Made by a program: the position numbers and the translations under genes
Origin: an uncultured bacterium
GTDB taxonomy: Bacteria; AUK180
Reading direction: 5' to 3'
Assembly: GCA_937863565.1 (NCBI GenBank)
Contig: CALMGJ010000030.1
Span: 62,001 to 111,726 of the forward strand
DNA: 49,726 nt
Part shown: positions 1-9,869 of the stretch, piece by piece
How positions within the stretch are numbered: the stretch's first letter is position 1
How the letters are laid out: each line of letters begins with the position of its first letter
The notes under the pieces: model-generated
Database searches by the model: none
What the model was told of the DNA's origin: nothing
Seen by the model: only the letters and a program-made list of their open reading frames with translations

Positions 1-2
1 TG

Positions 3-500
3 AACCCGGTGAGCGCGGGTATCTGTAAAAACCCAGGCAAATACGGGTATTCGAGCGCATCGTTCTATGAAGGGAACGAAGATAATAATGTTCAGAAGAT
101 GTATAAGATAAGCGTTTTTAGAGTTAAAACGGTATATATGAAGTTCTTAAATTCGGAAGAAATAACCTTTCCCGTGTATAAGGAAACCGTTGGAGACAAA
201 AAAAGATATCTGGAGAATCAAAAACGCAAGAAAGGCAGGGAGGGTGGAACTTATAAAGAAAGGCGCGACATCGTGTCGCGTAAGCAATCGATATTGAATG
301 AAACAAGGAAATTTCTGGATCATTACAAAATTACGCTGAACTATTTCAAAGCCAATCTTAAAAGTTCAGAAATGAAGATGGTGAAAATGAACTTGATCGA
401 TCACTTATTGAAATGCGGACACTATCGAGCAGGCATTGCCTGCGCTCTTGGGTGCTCAAGATCCTGGATAAGCAAAATTTACCAAAGAAAAAAGAAATAA
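3..500 (+). mobile_element. C-terminal part of a REP-associated tyrosine (Y1/HUH, RAYT-like) transposase with C-terminal HTH; 5'-truncated by the window edge
   Basis: The frame is open from base 3 and reads NPVSAGICKNPGKYGYSSASFY, matching the RAYT C-terminal motif NPVxAG-x5-YxWSS. The C-terminus IACALGCSRSWISKI looks like an HTH. The HUH motif would lie outside the window. Confidence 0.7.
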
Positions 501-541
501 GGCCGTAATTTGTCAACAATGTCAACCAACGTCCCTGAAAA

Positions 542-887
542 TGGTGGAGGCGGCGGGAATCGAACCCGCGTCCAAAGAAGAGCACAATACGATGTCTACA
601 TGTTTGTCCCGTCTACGGTTTTCCCCGGCCTTTACCGACGGTCAGGTGGTCCGGGATATCCCTTCGTTGATCTCGCGCCGGAATGCAGAAGGAAAATGCT
701 TCCGCCGCCAGCCGCTTGAGTATGAAGGGCTTTCGGAATAAACGGCAACCTCCTGAGCCCTTCCGCATTTATAAATTATGCGGCGTAAGCGTAATTATCA
801 GCGCTTAAAAGTTTTAACCCGTCGCAGTGGAATCATACTGACATGCAACCGTACCTGCTGCTACCCTGTCGAAACCGGTTCGCCCCC
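542..887 (-). ncRNA. ssrA: tmRNA; predicted tag (A)ADNYAYAA* encoded at 802..776
   Basis: Minus-strand 5' end GGGGGCGAACCGGTTTCGAC and 3' end GACGCGGGTTCGATTCCCGCCGCCTCCACCA; internal ORF GCT GAT AAT TAC GCT TAC GCC GCA TAA; adjacent to smpB. Confidence 0.97.
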
Positions 888-888
888 A

Positions 889-1344
889 TTATCTTCTGTT
901 CTTGTTGAGACGCGCGAGTTCGCGGTTAAGTTCTCTTTCGCGGATCTCATGTCTTCTGTCCCTTTGGGTCTTTCCGGTGACCAGCGCGATCTCGATCTTG
1001 GCGAACTGCTTTTTGAAGTAAACGGATACGGGAATGATGGTAAAACCTTTTTCCTCGACCTTCCTTCTCAAGCGGATCAGTTCGCGTTTATCCAGAAGAA
1101 GTTTCCTCGGCCTTTCGGGTTCGAGTTTCACGAAATCAGAACTTCTGTAATTGTCGATGCGCATGTTCACGATAAACAGCTCTGAGCCTGTAAAAGAGCA
1201 GTATGAACCCCTGAGAGATACCTTTTTATCCCGCAGGGACTTCACTTCCGACCCGGCAAGCACTATGCCCGCTTCGAATCTTTCGATTATCGTATAATTG
1301 AAAAGATCCTTGTTCTTGCAAACAATTACATTGCCGTCGTTCAT
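889..1344 (-). CDS. smpB: SsrA-binding protein SmpB
   Basis: FEAGIVLAGSEVKSLR and RPRKLLL motifs; abuts tmRNA. Confidence 0.97.
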   Translation of the reverse strand: MNDGNVIVCKNKDLFNYTIIERFEAGIVLAGSEVKSLRDKKVSLRGSYCSFTGSELFIVNMRIDNYRSSDFVKLEPERPRKLLLDKRELIRLRRKVEEKGFTIIPVSVYFKKQFAKIEIALVTGKTQRDRRHEIRERELNRELARLNKNRR

Positions 1345-1429
1345 ATTTTCTCTTAGAGAGTATAACAGAAAACGCTATAAATATCAATGTTTTCCGCTCG
1401 ACACCGCGCCTGCGGCGCCAAATTCACTA

Positions 1430-1458
1430 TTGAATTATTGATTAAATAATGGTATAAT
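1430..1458 (+). promoter_or_regulatory. Sigma70-type promoter, probably leaderless transcript
   Basis: TTGAAT(1430-1435)-N17-TATAAT(1453-1458) with extended TG; ATG 6 nt downstream and no Shine-Dalgarno. Confidence 0.7.
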
Positions 1459-1464
1459 AAAAAA

Positions 1465-2331
1465 ATGAAAAAAATGCTATTCCTTTTTTTCACTTTCCTT
1501 TTTTCCGTTATCCGCGCGGATTTTACCGTCCAGGTCGGCTCCCTGAACAGCGAAAATGCGGCAAAAAGGCACATTTCTACGCTTAAATCCAAGATAGATA
1601 CGGCCAAATGCTATGTTCTGAGGTCGGAATTGAAGGACGGACGTATCGTGTTCCGCGTCCGGTTCGGCCGGTTCAGGGATATGGCTTCTGCCGAGAAATA
1701 CAAGAGCTCATTCATTGATAAAGGCGTTGATTCCGTTGTTTCCCGATACGAAGATCCCGGCTACGAGATATCTTACACGGATGACGCCGGCCCGGCCCCT
1801 CTCCCAGATAATACCGAAGAAACTAAAATAATCGCGATAAAGGATACACCTGCCGGAATAATCAAGATCGATGCACCCGATGACACGAAGACCAAGATGA
1901 TCGAAGATAAAACCTTCGAATACAGACTCGGTATCATCAACAGGAAATGGCTCATTGCCGTCCAGCAGGAAAAAGAAAAAGAGATAATCGAGGAGCTTAT
2001 CACCGAATACACGGGATTGATCAATGAATACTTGGACAGCAGAGAAGTCTTCAAGGGATACTACATGATCGCTCATTGCTACCTTCAGATAGGGGATCTG
2101 GACATGACGCTGAGATACCTGGACCGCTCCATTGAATCCGCCCCGTCGGACGAAAAAGCAGCGATCATGTATGAGAAAGGTTTTATGGTCTATATCTATC
2201 AGCGCGATTTCCAGAGGGCGATAGATATTTTTAAAAGACTCTTTTTCGAATTCCCGGATTCGGCCTGGGCGCATGCGGCTCAGAACATTGTGAACGAAAT
2301 ACTCAAATACAAAGTATATATGGACCATTAG
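1465..2331 (+). CDS. Exported SPOR-domain and TPR protein
   Basis: Signal peptide; FTVQVGS...FRVRFGRF SPOR motif; C-terminal TPR ending FPDSAWA (CpoB/BamD-like). Confidence 0.8.
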   Translation: MKKMLFLFFTFLFSVIRADFTVQVGSLNSENAAKRHISTLKSKIDTAKCYVLRSELKDGRIVFRVRFGRFRDMASAEKYKSSFIDKGVDSVVSRYEDPGYEISYTDDAGPAPLPDNTEETKIIAIKDTPAGIIKIDAPDDTKTKMIEDKTFEYRLGIINRKWLIAVQQEKEKEIIEELITEYTGLINEYLDSREVFKGYYMIAHCYLQIGDLDMTLRYLDRSIESAPSDEKAAIMYEKGFMVYIYQRDFQRAIDIFKRLFFEFPDSAWAHAAQNIVNEILKYKVYMDH

Positions 2332-2339
2332 GAGGCGAG

Positions 2340-3638
2340 ATGAGCATTAAAGGCAACCTCTCATCAATACCGCTTGCAGACATCATGCAGCTCGTCGGCA
2401 TGGGCGAAAAGGTCGGATGTCTGAAGATAACGGGAAGCGATGATATCGGCTATATCTATTTCGTAAAGGGAAATATCGTATATGCTTATTCCGAGAACAA
2501 CAAGGTCACGATAGAGAAGATCAATCAGCATCAGAAGATCCTCGATGCAACAAAACTGAACTCTATAATAAAGGTCTCGCAGGAAAAAAAGCTAAATCCT
2601 CTCGAGATAATGGTGAAAGGCAATATCGTTAAGAAGGACGATATCGAGAATATAGTGAAGAACTACATACTAGGGATAACATACGGTTTCTTCAAACTCG
2701 GGAAGGGTGATTTCGAATTCCTCGAGAATGAACAGCCGAAGAATCCCCTCCTTCTCATCGAGGAGCATTACGGGAACGTGATAATGGAAGGTTCGAGAAG
2801 GATCGACGAAATCGAACTCGTAAAGAAGACCATCCCTTCGGATAAGACAAGGTTCATTGTTTTCATAACCGCGCTTGACAAACTTGACAGCATTAAACTC
2901 CGGGAAGATGAGAAGAAGATACTCGCGCTGGTTTCGAAAATGACAAATATCTACGAAATATCCAGACATGTGGAACTGGAGGAATTCGACCTCATGAAAT
3001 ACGTATTCGGCTTCGTGCAGTCTAAAATTCTCGAGGTCATCCCCCAGGAATCGTACGAGATCATCCAAGAGCATGTTGACCTTGCACGGTTCTATCTCGA
3101 ACGCGCGAATGAAGATGAGGCCCTGCGTGAAGCCATACGCGCTTTTTCTCTGGCGCCCACTGACGAGAACAATATCATGCTTCTGAAACTTTGTTTGAAG
3201 AACGGGACGCTACCCGAGGAAGTGAAGAGGCATTTCGTCCATCCTTATAAATTCGCACCCTATACCAAATACGGCCCGGAAACGCTTAAATTCATCAAAG
3301 AACAGCAACCCACTCTTAAGTCCGAGATGCCGAAACCTTCCTATGCGGGCAAACCGGCACCGGCCACGGCCGCACCGGCTGCTCCGAAGATAAATCCGAA
3401 AGAAGCCCTTATTAATGCAGCGAAATATTTAAGGGACGGCCAGTATCAGGATGCCGTGAATATTCTTGTTCAAACCGGAGAGATAAGGATCTCGAACTAT
3501 TACCTCATTCTCGGCAATTCATACATCAAACTCAATAAGATCAGGGAAGCCCATGACTGTTTCTCGAAACTTCTGGTTCTTGAACCGGAAAATGAAAAGG
3601 TGAAAAAACTCGTTGAAACACTGAAAACAAAAATATGA
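2340..3638 (+). CDS. DUF4388 (PatA-N-like) domain protein with TPR repeats
   Basis: N-terminal [17 protein letters not shown]...GCLKI...[13 protein letters not shown] and GDFEF...[14 protein letters not shown]-like C-terminus; GGAGG RBS. Confidence 0.8.
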   Translation: MSIKGNLSSIPLADIMQLVGMGEKVGCLKITGSDDIGYIYFVKGNIVYAYSENNKVTIEKINQHQKILDATKLNSIIKVSQEKKLNPLEIMVKGNIVKKDDIENIVKNYILGITYGFFKLGKGDFEFLENEQPKNPLLLIEEHYGNVIMEGSRRIDEIELVKKTIPSDKTRFIVFITALDKLDSIKLREDEKKILALVSKMTNIYEISRHVELEEFDLMKYVFGFVQSKILEVIPQESYEIIQEHVDLARFYLERANEDEALREAIRAFSLAPTDENNIMLLKLCLKNGTLPEEVKRHFVHPYKFAPYTKYGPETLKFIKEQQPTLKSEMPKPSYAGKPAPATAAPAAPKINPKEALINAAKYLRDGQYQDAVNILVQTGEIRISNYYLILGNSYIKLNKIREAHDCFSKLLVLEPENEKVKKLVETLKTKI

Positions 3639-3651
3639 TAAGGAGTCTTTC

Positions 3652-4659
3652 ATGACCGAAGAAAAGAAAAAAGTAACGGATGAGAAGAAAAAAGCGCTCG
3701 ATATGGCCGTATCCCAGATTGAGAAGAACCACGGAAAAGGATCGATCATGAAGCTCGGCGGCGAAGGGCATGTTAAGCTCTCCGCCATTTCCACCGGCTC
3801 GATAGGTCTTGACTCGGCCCTCGGTGTCGGCGGTATCCCGAGAGGCAGGGTCACTGAGATATACGGTATGGAATCCGGAGGAAAAACAACACTTGCACTC
3901 CATATCATCGCTGAATCTCAAAAGAACAACGGCATTGCCGCTTTCATCGACGCCGAACACGCACTGGACGTGGAATATGCAAAAAGGATCGGTGTTAATA
4001 TTGACGATCTCATCGTCAGTCAGCCCGATTTCGGCGAGCAAGCGCTTGATATCGCGGAAACGCTCGCAAGGAGCGGTGCGGTTGATGTTATTGTTATCGA
4101 TTCTGTTGCCGCTCTTGTACCTAAAGCGGAAATAGACGGAGAAATGGGAGATTCCCATGTCGGCCTCCAAGCAAGGCTCATGTCGCAGGCAATGAGAAAA
4201 CTCGTCTCCGTCGTAAATAAATCCAACTGCGCCGTTGTCTTCATAAATCAACTCAGAATGAAGATCGGTGTGATGTTCGGGAATCCCGAGACCACAACGG
4301 GCGGTTTTGCTCTTAAATTCTACGCGTCGATCAGAATCGATATAAGAAGGATAAGCACATTGAAAAACGGAGATACCGATGAAGGCATACGCGTACGCAC
4401 GAAGATCGTAAAGAATAAAGTTGCTACACCGTTCAAACAAACCGAATTTGATATCCTTTTCGGAAAAGGCATCTCGAAAAACGGCGAGATCATCGACATC
4501 GGATCAGAGCACAATATTATAGAGAAATCAGGTACTTGGTATTCATATGCCGGCCAGAGAATAGGTCAGGGAAGGAATAATGTGGCGGAATTTCTCGATT
4601 CGAATCCCAAGATCGCCTCAGAGATCGAGAAGAAGATCCGGGAAAAGATAGGTATCTGA
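3652..4659 (+). CDS. recA: Recombinase RecA
   Basis: GMESGGKTT Walker [40 protein letters not shown]. Confidence 0.99.
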   Translation: MTEEKKKVTDEKKKALDMAVSQIEKNHGKGSIMKLGGEGHVKLSAISTGSIGLDSALGVGGIPRGRVTEIYGMESGGKTTLALHIIAESQKNNGIAAFIDAEHALDVEYAKRIGVNIDDLIVSQPDFGEQALDIAETLARSGAVDVIVIDSVAALVPKAEIDGEMGDSHVGLQARLMSQAMRKLVSVVNKSNCAVVFINQLRMKIGVMFGNPETTTGGFALKFYASIRIDIRRISTLKNGDTDEGIRVRTKIVKNKVATPFKQTEFDILFGKGISKNGEIIDIGSEHNIIEKSGTWYSYAGQRIGQGRNNVAEFLDSNPKIASEIEKKIREKIGI

Positions 4660-4666
4660 ACCTTGA

Positions 4667-5281
4667 ATGAAGCCGCAGAGTCTATCCGTATTTAAACGGA
4701 AGATCTTCATTTATTCGTTCTTTTTCATTTTCTTTGCAGCACTTGCCATGCTCATGGGGCTGTACCAGAATATGAAAACGGGGTTCTTCCTCCTGGAAAT
4801 GAACTCTCTGAACTACTATGTTAAGAAGGAAGGTGCCACGATAAATGTGAGGAGCGTTATTTCATGCATCTCCCCGCATGATACGAGCGTTCCCAAAACG
4901 CTCATCTTTCCGCTTCTGCTGCCCAAGAACGCTGAGCTGGAATCATTTTCCGTAACGCATAATAATATTAAAGTGAACGCCATAGTATCGGACGGTAAGA
5001 TCTCTTGGGAGTCGATCCTTCCCGAAAAGGGCGAGTCGATTATCATCTATATCGATTACGCATACAATTCCCCGATCCCGAAGATCATTCTGCCTCTTAA
5101 TGAAACGGGCGTCTTCCAGATGAAGAATACCGAGGTCATGATCTTCGCAGATGCCGACGAAAAGGTCTATTCCTTTGACAGCAACTATGAACTTACAGCA
5201 ACGTATAAAGGGTTCGCAACCTCTTTTCAATATTCCGGTTTTTTCCCCAAAAAAGGAGAAGACATGCTGCTGAACTGGTGA
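4667..5281 (+). CDS. Hypothetical membrane-anchored protein
   Basis: 204-aa ORF tightly packed between recA and polA; N-terminal hydrophobic segment. Confidence 0.7.
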   Translation: MKPQSLSVFKRKIFIYSFFFIFFAALAMLMGLYQNMKTGFFLLEMNSLNYYVKKEGATINVRSVISCISPHDTSVPKTLIFPLLLPKNAELESFSVTHNNIKVNAIVSDGKISWESILPEKGESIIIYIDYAYNSPIPKIILPLNETGVFQMKNTEVMIFADADEKVYSFDSNYELTATYKGFATSFQYSGFFPKKGEDMLLNW

Positions 5282-5282
5282 A

Positions 5283-7799
5283 ATGGATAATACACTGTAT
5301 CTTATCGATACATACTCTATAATATTCAGGGCATATTACGGGATACAAAGGCTCTCAAGGAGGGACGGTTTTGCGACAAATGCCATATTCGGCTCCGTAA
5401 AATCCCTGTTGAAAATACTAGTGGATTTCAATCCGAAATACATCTGCGCCGTATTCGACAGTGTAGGCAAAACATTCAGGAAGGAGGCGGACGGTTCATA
5501 CAAGGCCAACCGTGCCGTTGCTCCGGAAGATCTTGTTGCGCAATTCCCTGTGATCGAGGAGTTCATCGGAACAATGGGATTTCCCCGATTACGCATCGAA
5601 GGGCTGGAGGCGGATGACGTCATCGCGACGCTTGCGGTTAAATTCCGCGATGAATTCGGCCGAATAGTCATTTTCACAGGCGACAAGGACCTGTTTCAGC
5701 TGATAGACGAGAAGGTAGAGATATTTGACCCAAAACTGGAGAAGTGGTTCGACAGAAATGGGACATTCGAAAAATTCGGCGTCTATCCTTCTCAGATAAA
5801 AGATTTTCTAGCACTTGTAGGCGATTCTTCGGATAATATCCGGGGTGCCCCCGGGATCGGTGAAAAGACCGCCGTAAAACTTTTGGGCGAATACGGTTCT
5901 TTAGAAGCCCTCTATGGAACTATAGGGAACCTCCCCGAACGGATACGCCGTTCGCTCGAGGAATTCTCCGGTTACCGGAAGAATACGGAAATGCTGCTCA
6001 CACTTTTAGTAAAAGAAGATGCGGAAGTCTCCAGGGACGATCTTATACTTCATATTACGGACAGGGCGAAACTCGGGGAATTGATCGGCCAATATGAATT
6101 TCAATCTCTTCTCAAGGATTTCGAGATAGAGAAAAAAGAGAAATATCTTTCTCTGTGTACGCAGGAGGACCTGAAGGATTCGGGCATACTTTTCATCGAT
6201 TGCCCTGATGAAAAGGAGCTGTTCATCATCGACGAGGGGATATGCCGTTTCATTAAAATGGATATCGGGGAATTTCCTGAGGAATATCTTAAAAAGCGAC
6301 TTGTTTCCCCATCTGTAAAAAATGTTCTCAAGGCCTTTCTGAAAGCGGGTAAAGGAACTTTCGGGAAATTCTTCGATATCTTCATCTCTGCTCATATTCT
6401 TCACGACAGCGCCAGAGTGATCGATCTCGATGACCTTATTAATATCTACCCTGTGACCGAGAGATTCGCTTCCAGGGCGGGTCTTGAAGCCTACGATTTC
6501 GACAGGTTCAATATGCTGTTCCATGCAGCCAACTGTTATTTCGGGATAATGGACACCGAAGGATTTAAGGAGAATTATCTTCCGGTCTGCGAAAAATTGG
6601 AATTTCCCCTGATACCCGTTCTGTGCGAGATGGAGATGAACGGAATAAAGATCGACAGGGTCATTTTTGAAGATATCAAGTCGGAATACAGAAAGATCGC
6701 GAATGCCCTTGAGAAGGAAATCCTGGAAGGCTGCGGGGAGAGCTTTAATCTGGAATCCCCGAAGCAGCTGGCAGGCATTCTGTACAGCAGACTGAATTAT
6801 CCCGTCGTAAAGAAAACGAAAACAGGCCCCTCGACCGATAGTGATGCGCTCGAGAAGATCCTATCCCGCGAAGAGGATGCGAAAAGGCGAAAGGTCATCC
6901 AGGACATCCTCGATTACCGTGAAGTAAGGAAGATCCTTAGCACGTATCTCGAAGGCTTCGACAGGCATATTAAAAACGGCCGCGTGCATTCGACTTTTCT
7001 GCAGACCTCGACATCTACGGGAAGGCTGTCATCAGAGAACCCAAATATGCAGAACATCCCGATAAAAACGGAAAAGGGTGCGCTCCTCAGGAAGTTCTTC
7101 GTACCTTCTTCGGAAGGGCTCCTGATGCTTTCAATCGACTACAGTCAGATCGAATTGCGCATCCTTGCGGAGTTCTCCGGCGATGAAGCCATGAATGCTT
7201 CCTTTGCCACCGGTACGGACATACATGCGCAGACGGCTTCCAGAATCCTCGGCATCTCTCTTGATGAGGTCGGCAAGAGGGAAAGGATGATAGGCAAAAC
7301 GATCAATTTCGGGATCATATACGGTATGGGGCCGTTCCACCTTTCCGATTCCATAGGCATCTCGATGAATGAAGCGAAGCGGTTCATCGAATCGTACTAC
7401 AGGGAATTCAAGGGCGTGAAAGCCTATCAGGATGCCCTGATCTCCGAAGCGCTCAAGACAGGGTATGTTGAAACGCTGTTCAAAAGGAAAAGATATATCG
7501 CTGAACTCCTGTCTCCTAGCGAAAGGATGAAAAACGCAGGTATAAGAGCCGCGGTGAACGCCCCCATACAGGGTACCGCAAGCGAGATCATTAAACTTGC
7601 CATGATCGAGATCTTCAGACAAGAGCTTCCCGTCAAAATGCTTCTGCAGATCCACGACGAGCTGATCTTCGAGGGCCCCGCGCGTGAAATGCCATCCGCG
7701 GCTGAGAAGATCAGGGGAATAATGGAAGGCGTAGTCCGTTTTAAAGTGCCTCTTAAAGCAGAATACAAGGTCGGTTCCAACTGGTACGATATCCACTGA
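5283..7799 (+). CDS. polA: DNA polymerase I (3'-5' exonuclease region short and degenerate)
   Basis: 5'-3' exonuclease motifs (YKANR, EADDVIAT, GDSSDNI); polymerase motifs TGRLSS, DYSQIELR, KTINFGIIYG, QIHDEL. Confidence 0.99.
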   Translation: MDNTLYLIDTYSIIFRAYYGIQRLSRRDGFATNAIFGSVKSLLKILVDFNPKYICAVFDSVGKTFRKEADGSYKANRAVAPEDLVAQFPVIEEFIGTMGFPRLRIEGLEADDVIATLAVKFRDEFGRIVIFTGDKDLFQLIDEKVEIFDPKLEKWFDRNGTFEKFGVYPSQIKDFLALVGDSSDNIRGAPGIGEKTAVKLLGEYGSLEALYGTIGNLPERIRRSLEEFSGYRKNTEMLLTLLVKEDAEVSRDDLILHITDRAKLGELIGQYEFQSLLKDFEIEKKEKYLSLCTQEDLKDSGILFIDCPDEKELFIIDEGICRFIKMDIGEFPEEYLKKRLVSPSVKNVLKAFLKAGKGTFGKFFDIFISAHILHDSARVIDLDDLINIYPVTERFASRAGLEAYDFDRFNMLFHAANCYFGIMDTEGFKENYLPVCEKLEFPLIPVLCEMEMNGIKIDRVIFEDIKSEYRKIANALEKEILEGCGESFNLESPKQLAGILYSRLNYPVVKKTKTGPSTDSDALEKILSREEDAKRRKVIQDILDYREVRKILSTYLEGFDRHIKNGRVHSTFLQTSTSTGRLSSENPNMQNIPIKTEKGALLRKFFVPSSEGLLMLSIDYSQIELRILAEFSGDEAMNASFATGTDIHAQTASRILGISLDEVGKRERMIGKTINFGIIYGMGPFHLSDSIGISMNEAKRFIESYYREFKGVKAYQDALISEALKTGYVETLFKRKRYIAELLSPSERMKNAGIRAAVNAPIQGTASEIIKLAMIEIFRQELPVKMLLQIHDELIFEGPAREMPSAAEKIRGIMEGVVRFKVPLKAEYKVGSNWYDIH

Positions 7800-8344
7800 T
7801 GAAGATACTTGTGACAGGACTGATCGCTTCCGGTAAAACCCGCTTTTCACAGATACTGGCGCGCCTGTCCGGCCTGCCTCTTTTCTCGAATGACGAGATA
7901 GCAAAAAAAATAAAAACGGATGTAAAAGTGCAGAGGAAGTTGATGAGGATGTTCCGGATCGAAGACCCGCACGGGATCGATGATGCCATCCGCAGCGCTA
8001 TTTCCGATACGGGGATAAGAAGAAAACTCAATGCCATTCTGCATCCGTTAATAAAACGAGAGGACAAACGAATTTTAAAAGAGCATGAAGACTGCATCAT
8101 CGACAGCCCGATCCCGAGATCTCTCGGCATCCTGGGTCTCTTTGATCTGATAGTGCTCGTAACGGCCCCTGAACCCGTTGTCGCGGAACGGCTGAAGGGA
8201 AAGAAATTCTCAGCTGATGCGGCAGCTGCGCTTCTGGAGGCGCAGAAGGTCGAATTCGCGGGGCTGAAGGCGGACCATACGGTCCTGAACGACGGAGCAA
8301 CGGATCTTGAAAAAGCGGCTTCTGATATTGTTTTTTCTTATTAA
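7799..8344 (+). CDS. coaE: Dephospho-CoA kinase
   Basis: VTGLIASGKT P-loop and LNAILHPLI; follows polA as commonly seen. Confidence 0.88.
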   Translation: MKILVTGLIASGKTRFSQILARLSGLPLFSNDEIAKKIKTDVKVQRKLMRMFRIEDPHGIDDAIRSAISDTGIRRKLNAILHPLIKREDKRILKEHEDCIIDSPIPRSLGILGLFDLIVLVTAPEPVVAERLKGKKFSADAAAALLEAQKVEFAGLKADHTVLNDGATDLEKAASDIVFSY

Positions 8345-9311
8345 CGGCATTTTAACGGCCGATTTCACCCCTCCCGTTCTGAATAACCACCTTACGGGAA
8401 GTTCTTATTTTTCAGATCTTTTCATGAAATATTTTCCCGACGAGATGACGAACACGTTCCACTCCGAGAATTACTACATAAAAGAGGAGAGTGAGATCTT
8501 TCCGGCAGTGACCACGCTGCTGTTCTTTAATCAAAGCTATATCAGGAGGGACAGCAACTCATTCTATCTCAATATCGACCTTCTGAGCGGCAAATACATG
8601 GATTACGGGGAATTGCGGAGCAAATGCGTCAATATCTATTATTCGTTCGCCCTCAAGAACGAGATGGAGATCGGCGCGGAGGGGATCATTTCCGAAACTG
8701 TAAATGATCCTCAGCCGAATTATTACTATCTAATTTCCTCCTATTCCCTGTTCGGCCGGTTCCGCTGGAGAAGCATTTCATTCCTTGCCAAATACGGCCT
8801 GATCAGCAGCAAGGAAGTGTCTCAAGCGTGGAACCTGTATATGCGCATTAAACCGGTCGAGAATCTTACATTGGACCTTTTTGCCGGGAACTTCCCGGAT
8901 TTCGGCAATCTGAGCGGTTTTATCGAATATGTTATGAGCTCATCCTATCCGCTCCACCTTGCCGCTTCTTTGAGCTTCTCGCTTCTCGATATCCTGGACC
9001 TCTACTTAACCTCTCACGCCGTTCCGGGAGAGAATACGGAATGGGAGGTCACTTTCGGGATCAGCAAGCGATTTTATTTTCAGTATTTCATCGGGGATTC
9101 CAAGGAAGTGAAACGGCTTTTCATTTCAGTGCCATTTTCGGGAAGGTACACTGTCAGATTCGGTCCGGAGATGTATGAAAAATACTACCTGACGCTGATC
9201 TTTGAAGAAAACGTCAAGAAATACAGATTGACCTTCGGGGTCAAGAACACATTCGATCTTGATATTAAAAAGAACGTATCATTATTCCTCAGATACACTT
9301 ATTTTATTTAG
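8307..9311 (+). CDS. Hypothetical exported, probably outer-membrane beta-barrel protein
   Basis: Signal-peptide-like N-terminus, aromatic alternating beta-strand pattern, C-terminal LRYTYFI. Confidence 0.6.
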   Translation: MKKRLLILFFLINGILTADFTPPVLNNHLTGSSYFSDLFMKYFPDEMTNTFHSENYYIKEESEIFPAVTTLLFFNQSYIRRDSNSFYLNIDLLSGKYMDYGELRSKCVNIYYSFALKNEMEIGAEGIISETVNDPQPNYYYLISSYSLFGRFRWRSISFLAKYGLISSKEVSQAWNLYMRIKPVENLTLDLFAGNFPDFGNLSGFIEYVMSSSYPLHLAASLSFSLLDILDLYLTSHAVPGENTEWEVTFGISKRFYFQYFIGDSKEVKRLFISVPFSGRYTVRFGPEMYEKYYLTLIFEENVKKYRLTFGVKNTFDLDIKKNVSLFLRYTYFI

Positions 9312-9867
9312 AGACATAGACGGCCGCCGGTTTGATGATCGCGCCGTTCATCCGGAACCCTCTTTCGATGATCTTTACAACAGTATTGGACTTTTCACCT
9401 TTTCCGTCAACGGAAGCGATCGCGTTGTGGATACCGGGATCGAACGGAACACCGGTCTCCTCAATGATCTCAACGCCTTCGGCCTTAAGAGCGCTTAAAA
9501 ATTCCCCGAGGAGCATTTCAAGGCCCTTCCTCGAATTCTCGTCTTTAATATTCTCGATGCCGTGTTCAAGATGCCCGAAAACATCGATGAACCGGGTTAA
9601 AAATTTCTTCTTCTCTCTGTATAAGGTCATATCTGCGTCTTTCTGTGCCCTGAGTTTCGCCGCCTCAAGTTCCTTCAGATTGTCCTGTTTATATTTTTCG
9701 AGCGTTTCGCGGTTCTTTGCGATAGCTTCTTTGAGCCTTTTTATCTCTTCTCTCTTCTCTTCAGTTTCACGGAAGAGCTGATTGCAAAGTTTGCCGAGAT
9801 CATCGATCTTTTTTTTGTGTTTTTTGTCCTGCTGAAAATGGAATTTCTCCGTTCTCCCTCTTTTCAA
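9304..9867 (-). CDS. grpE: Nucleotide exchange factor GrpE (start reassigned to TTG at 9867)
   Basis: GVPFDPGIHNAI...ERGFRMNGAIIKPAAVYVS; GGAGG 5 nt upstream of the TTG; follows hrcA. Confidence 0.93.
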   Translation of the reverse strand: MKRGRTEKFHFQQDKKHKKKIDDLGKLCNQLFRETEEKREEIKRLKEAIAKNRETLEKYKQDNLKELEAAKLRAQKDADMTLYREKKKFLTRFIDVFGHLEHGIENIKDENSRKGLEMLLGEFLSALKAEGVEIIEETGVPFDPGIHNAIASVDGKGEKSNTVVKIIERGFRMNGAIIKPAAVYVSK

Positions 9868-9869
9868 TG

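Noticed and set aside
358-1185. Small ORFs overlapping tmRNA and smpB (358..585, 510..719, 541..741, 778..1185)
   Set aside because: Spurious frames over a structured RNA gene and antisense to smpB.
3541-4440. Long antisense ORFs such as 3541..4440, 13972..14904, 20921..21844 and 37908..38837
   Set aside because: Shadow frames opposite well-supported genes, with no recognisable motifs or translation signals.
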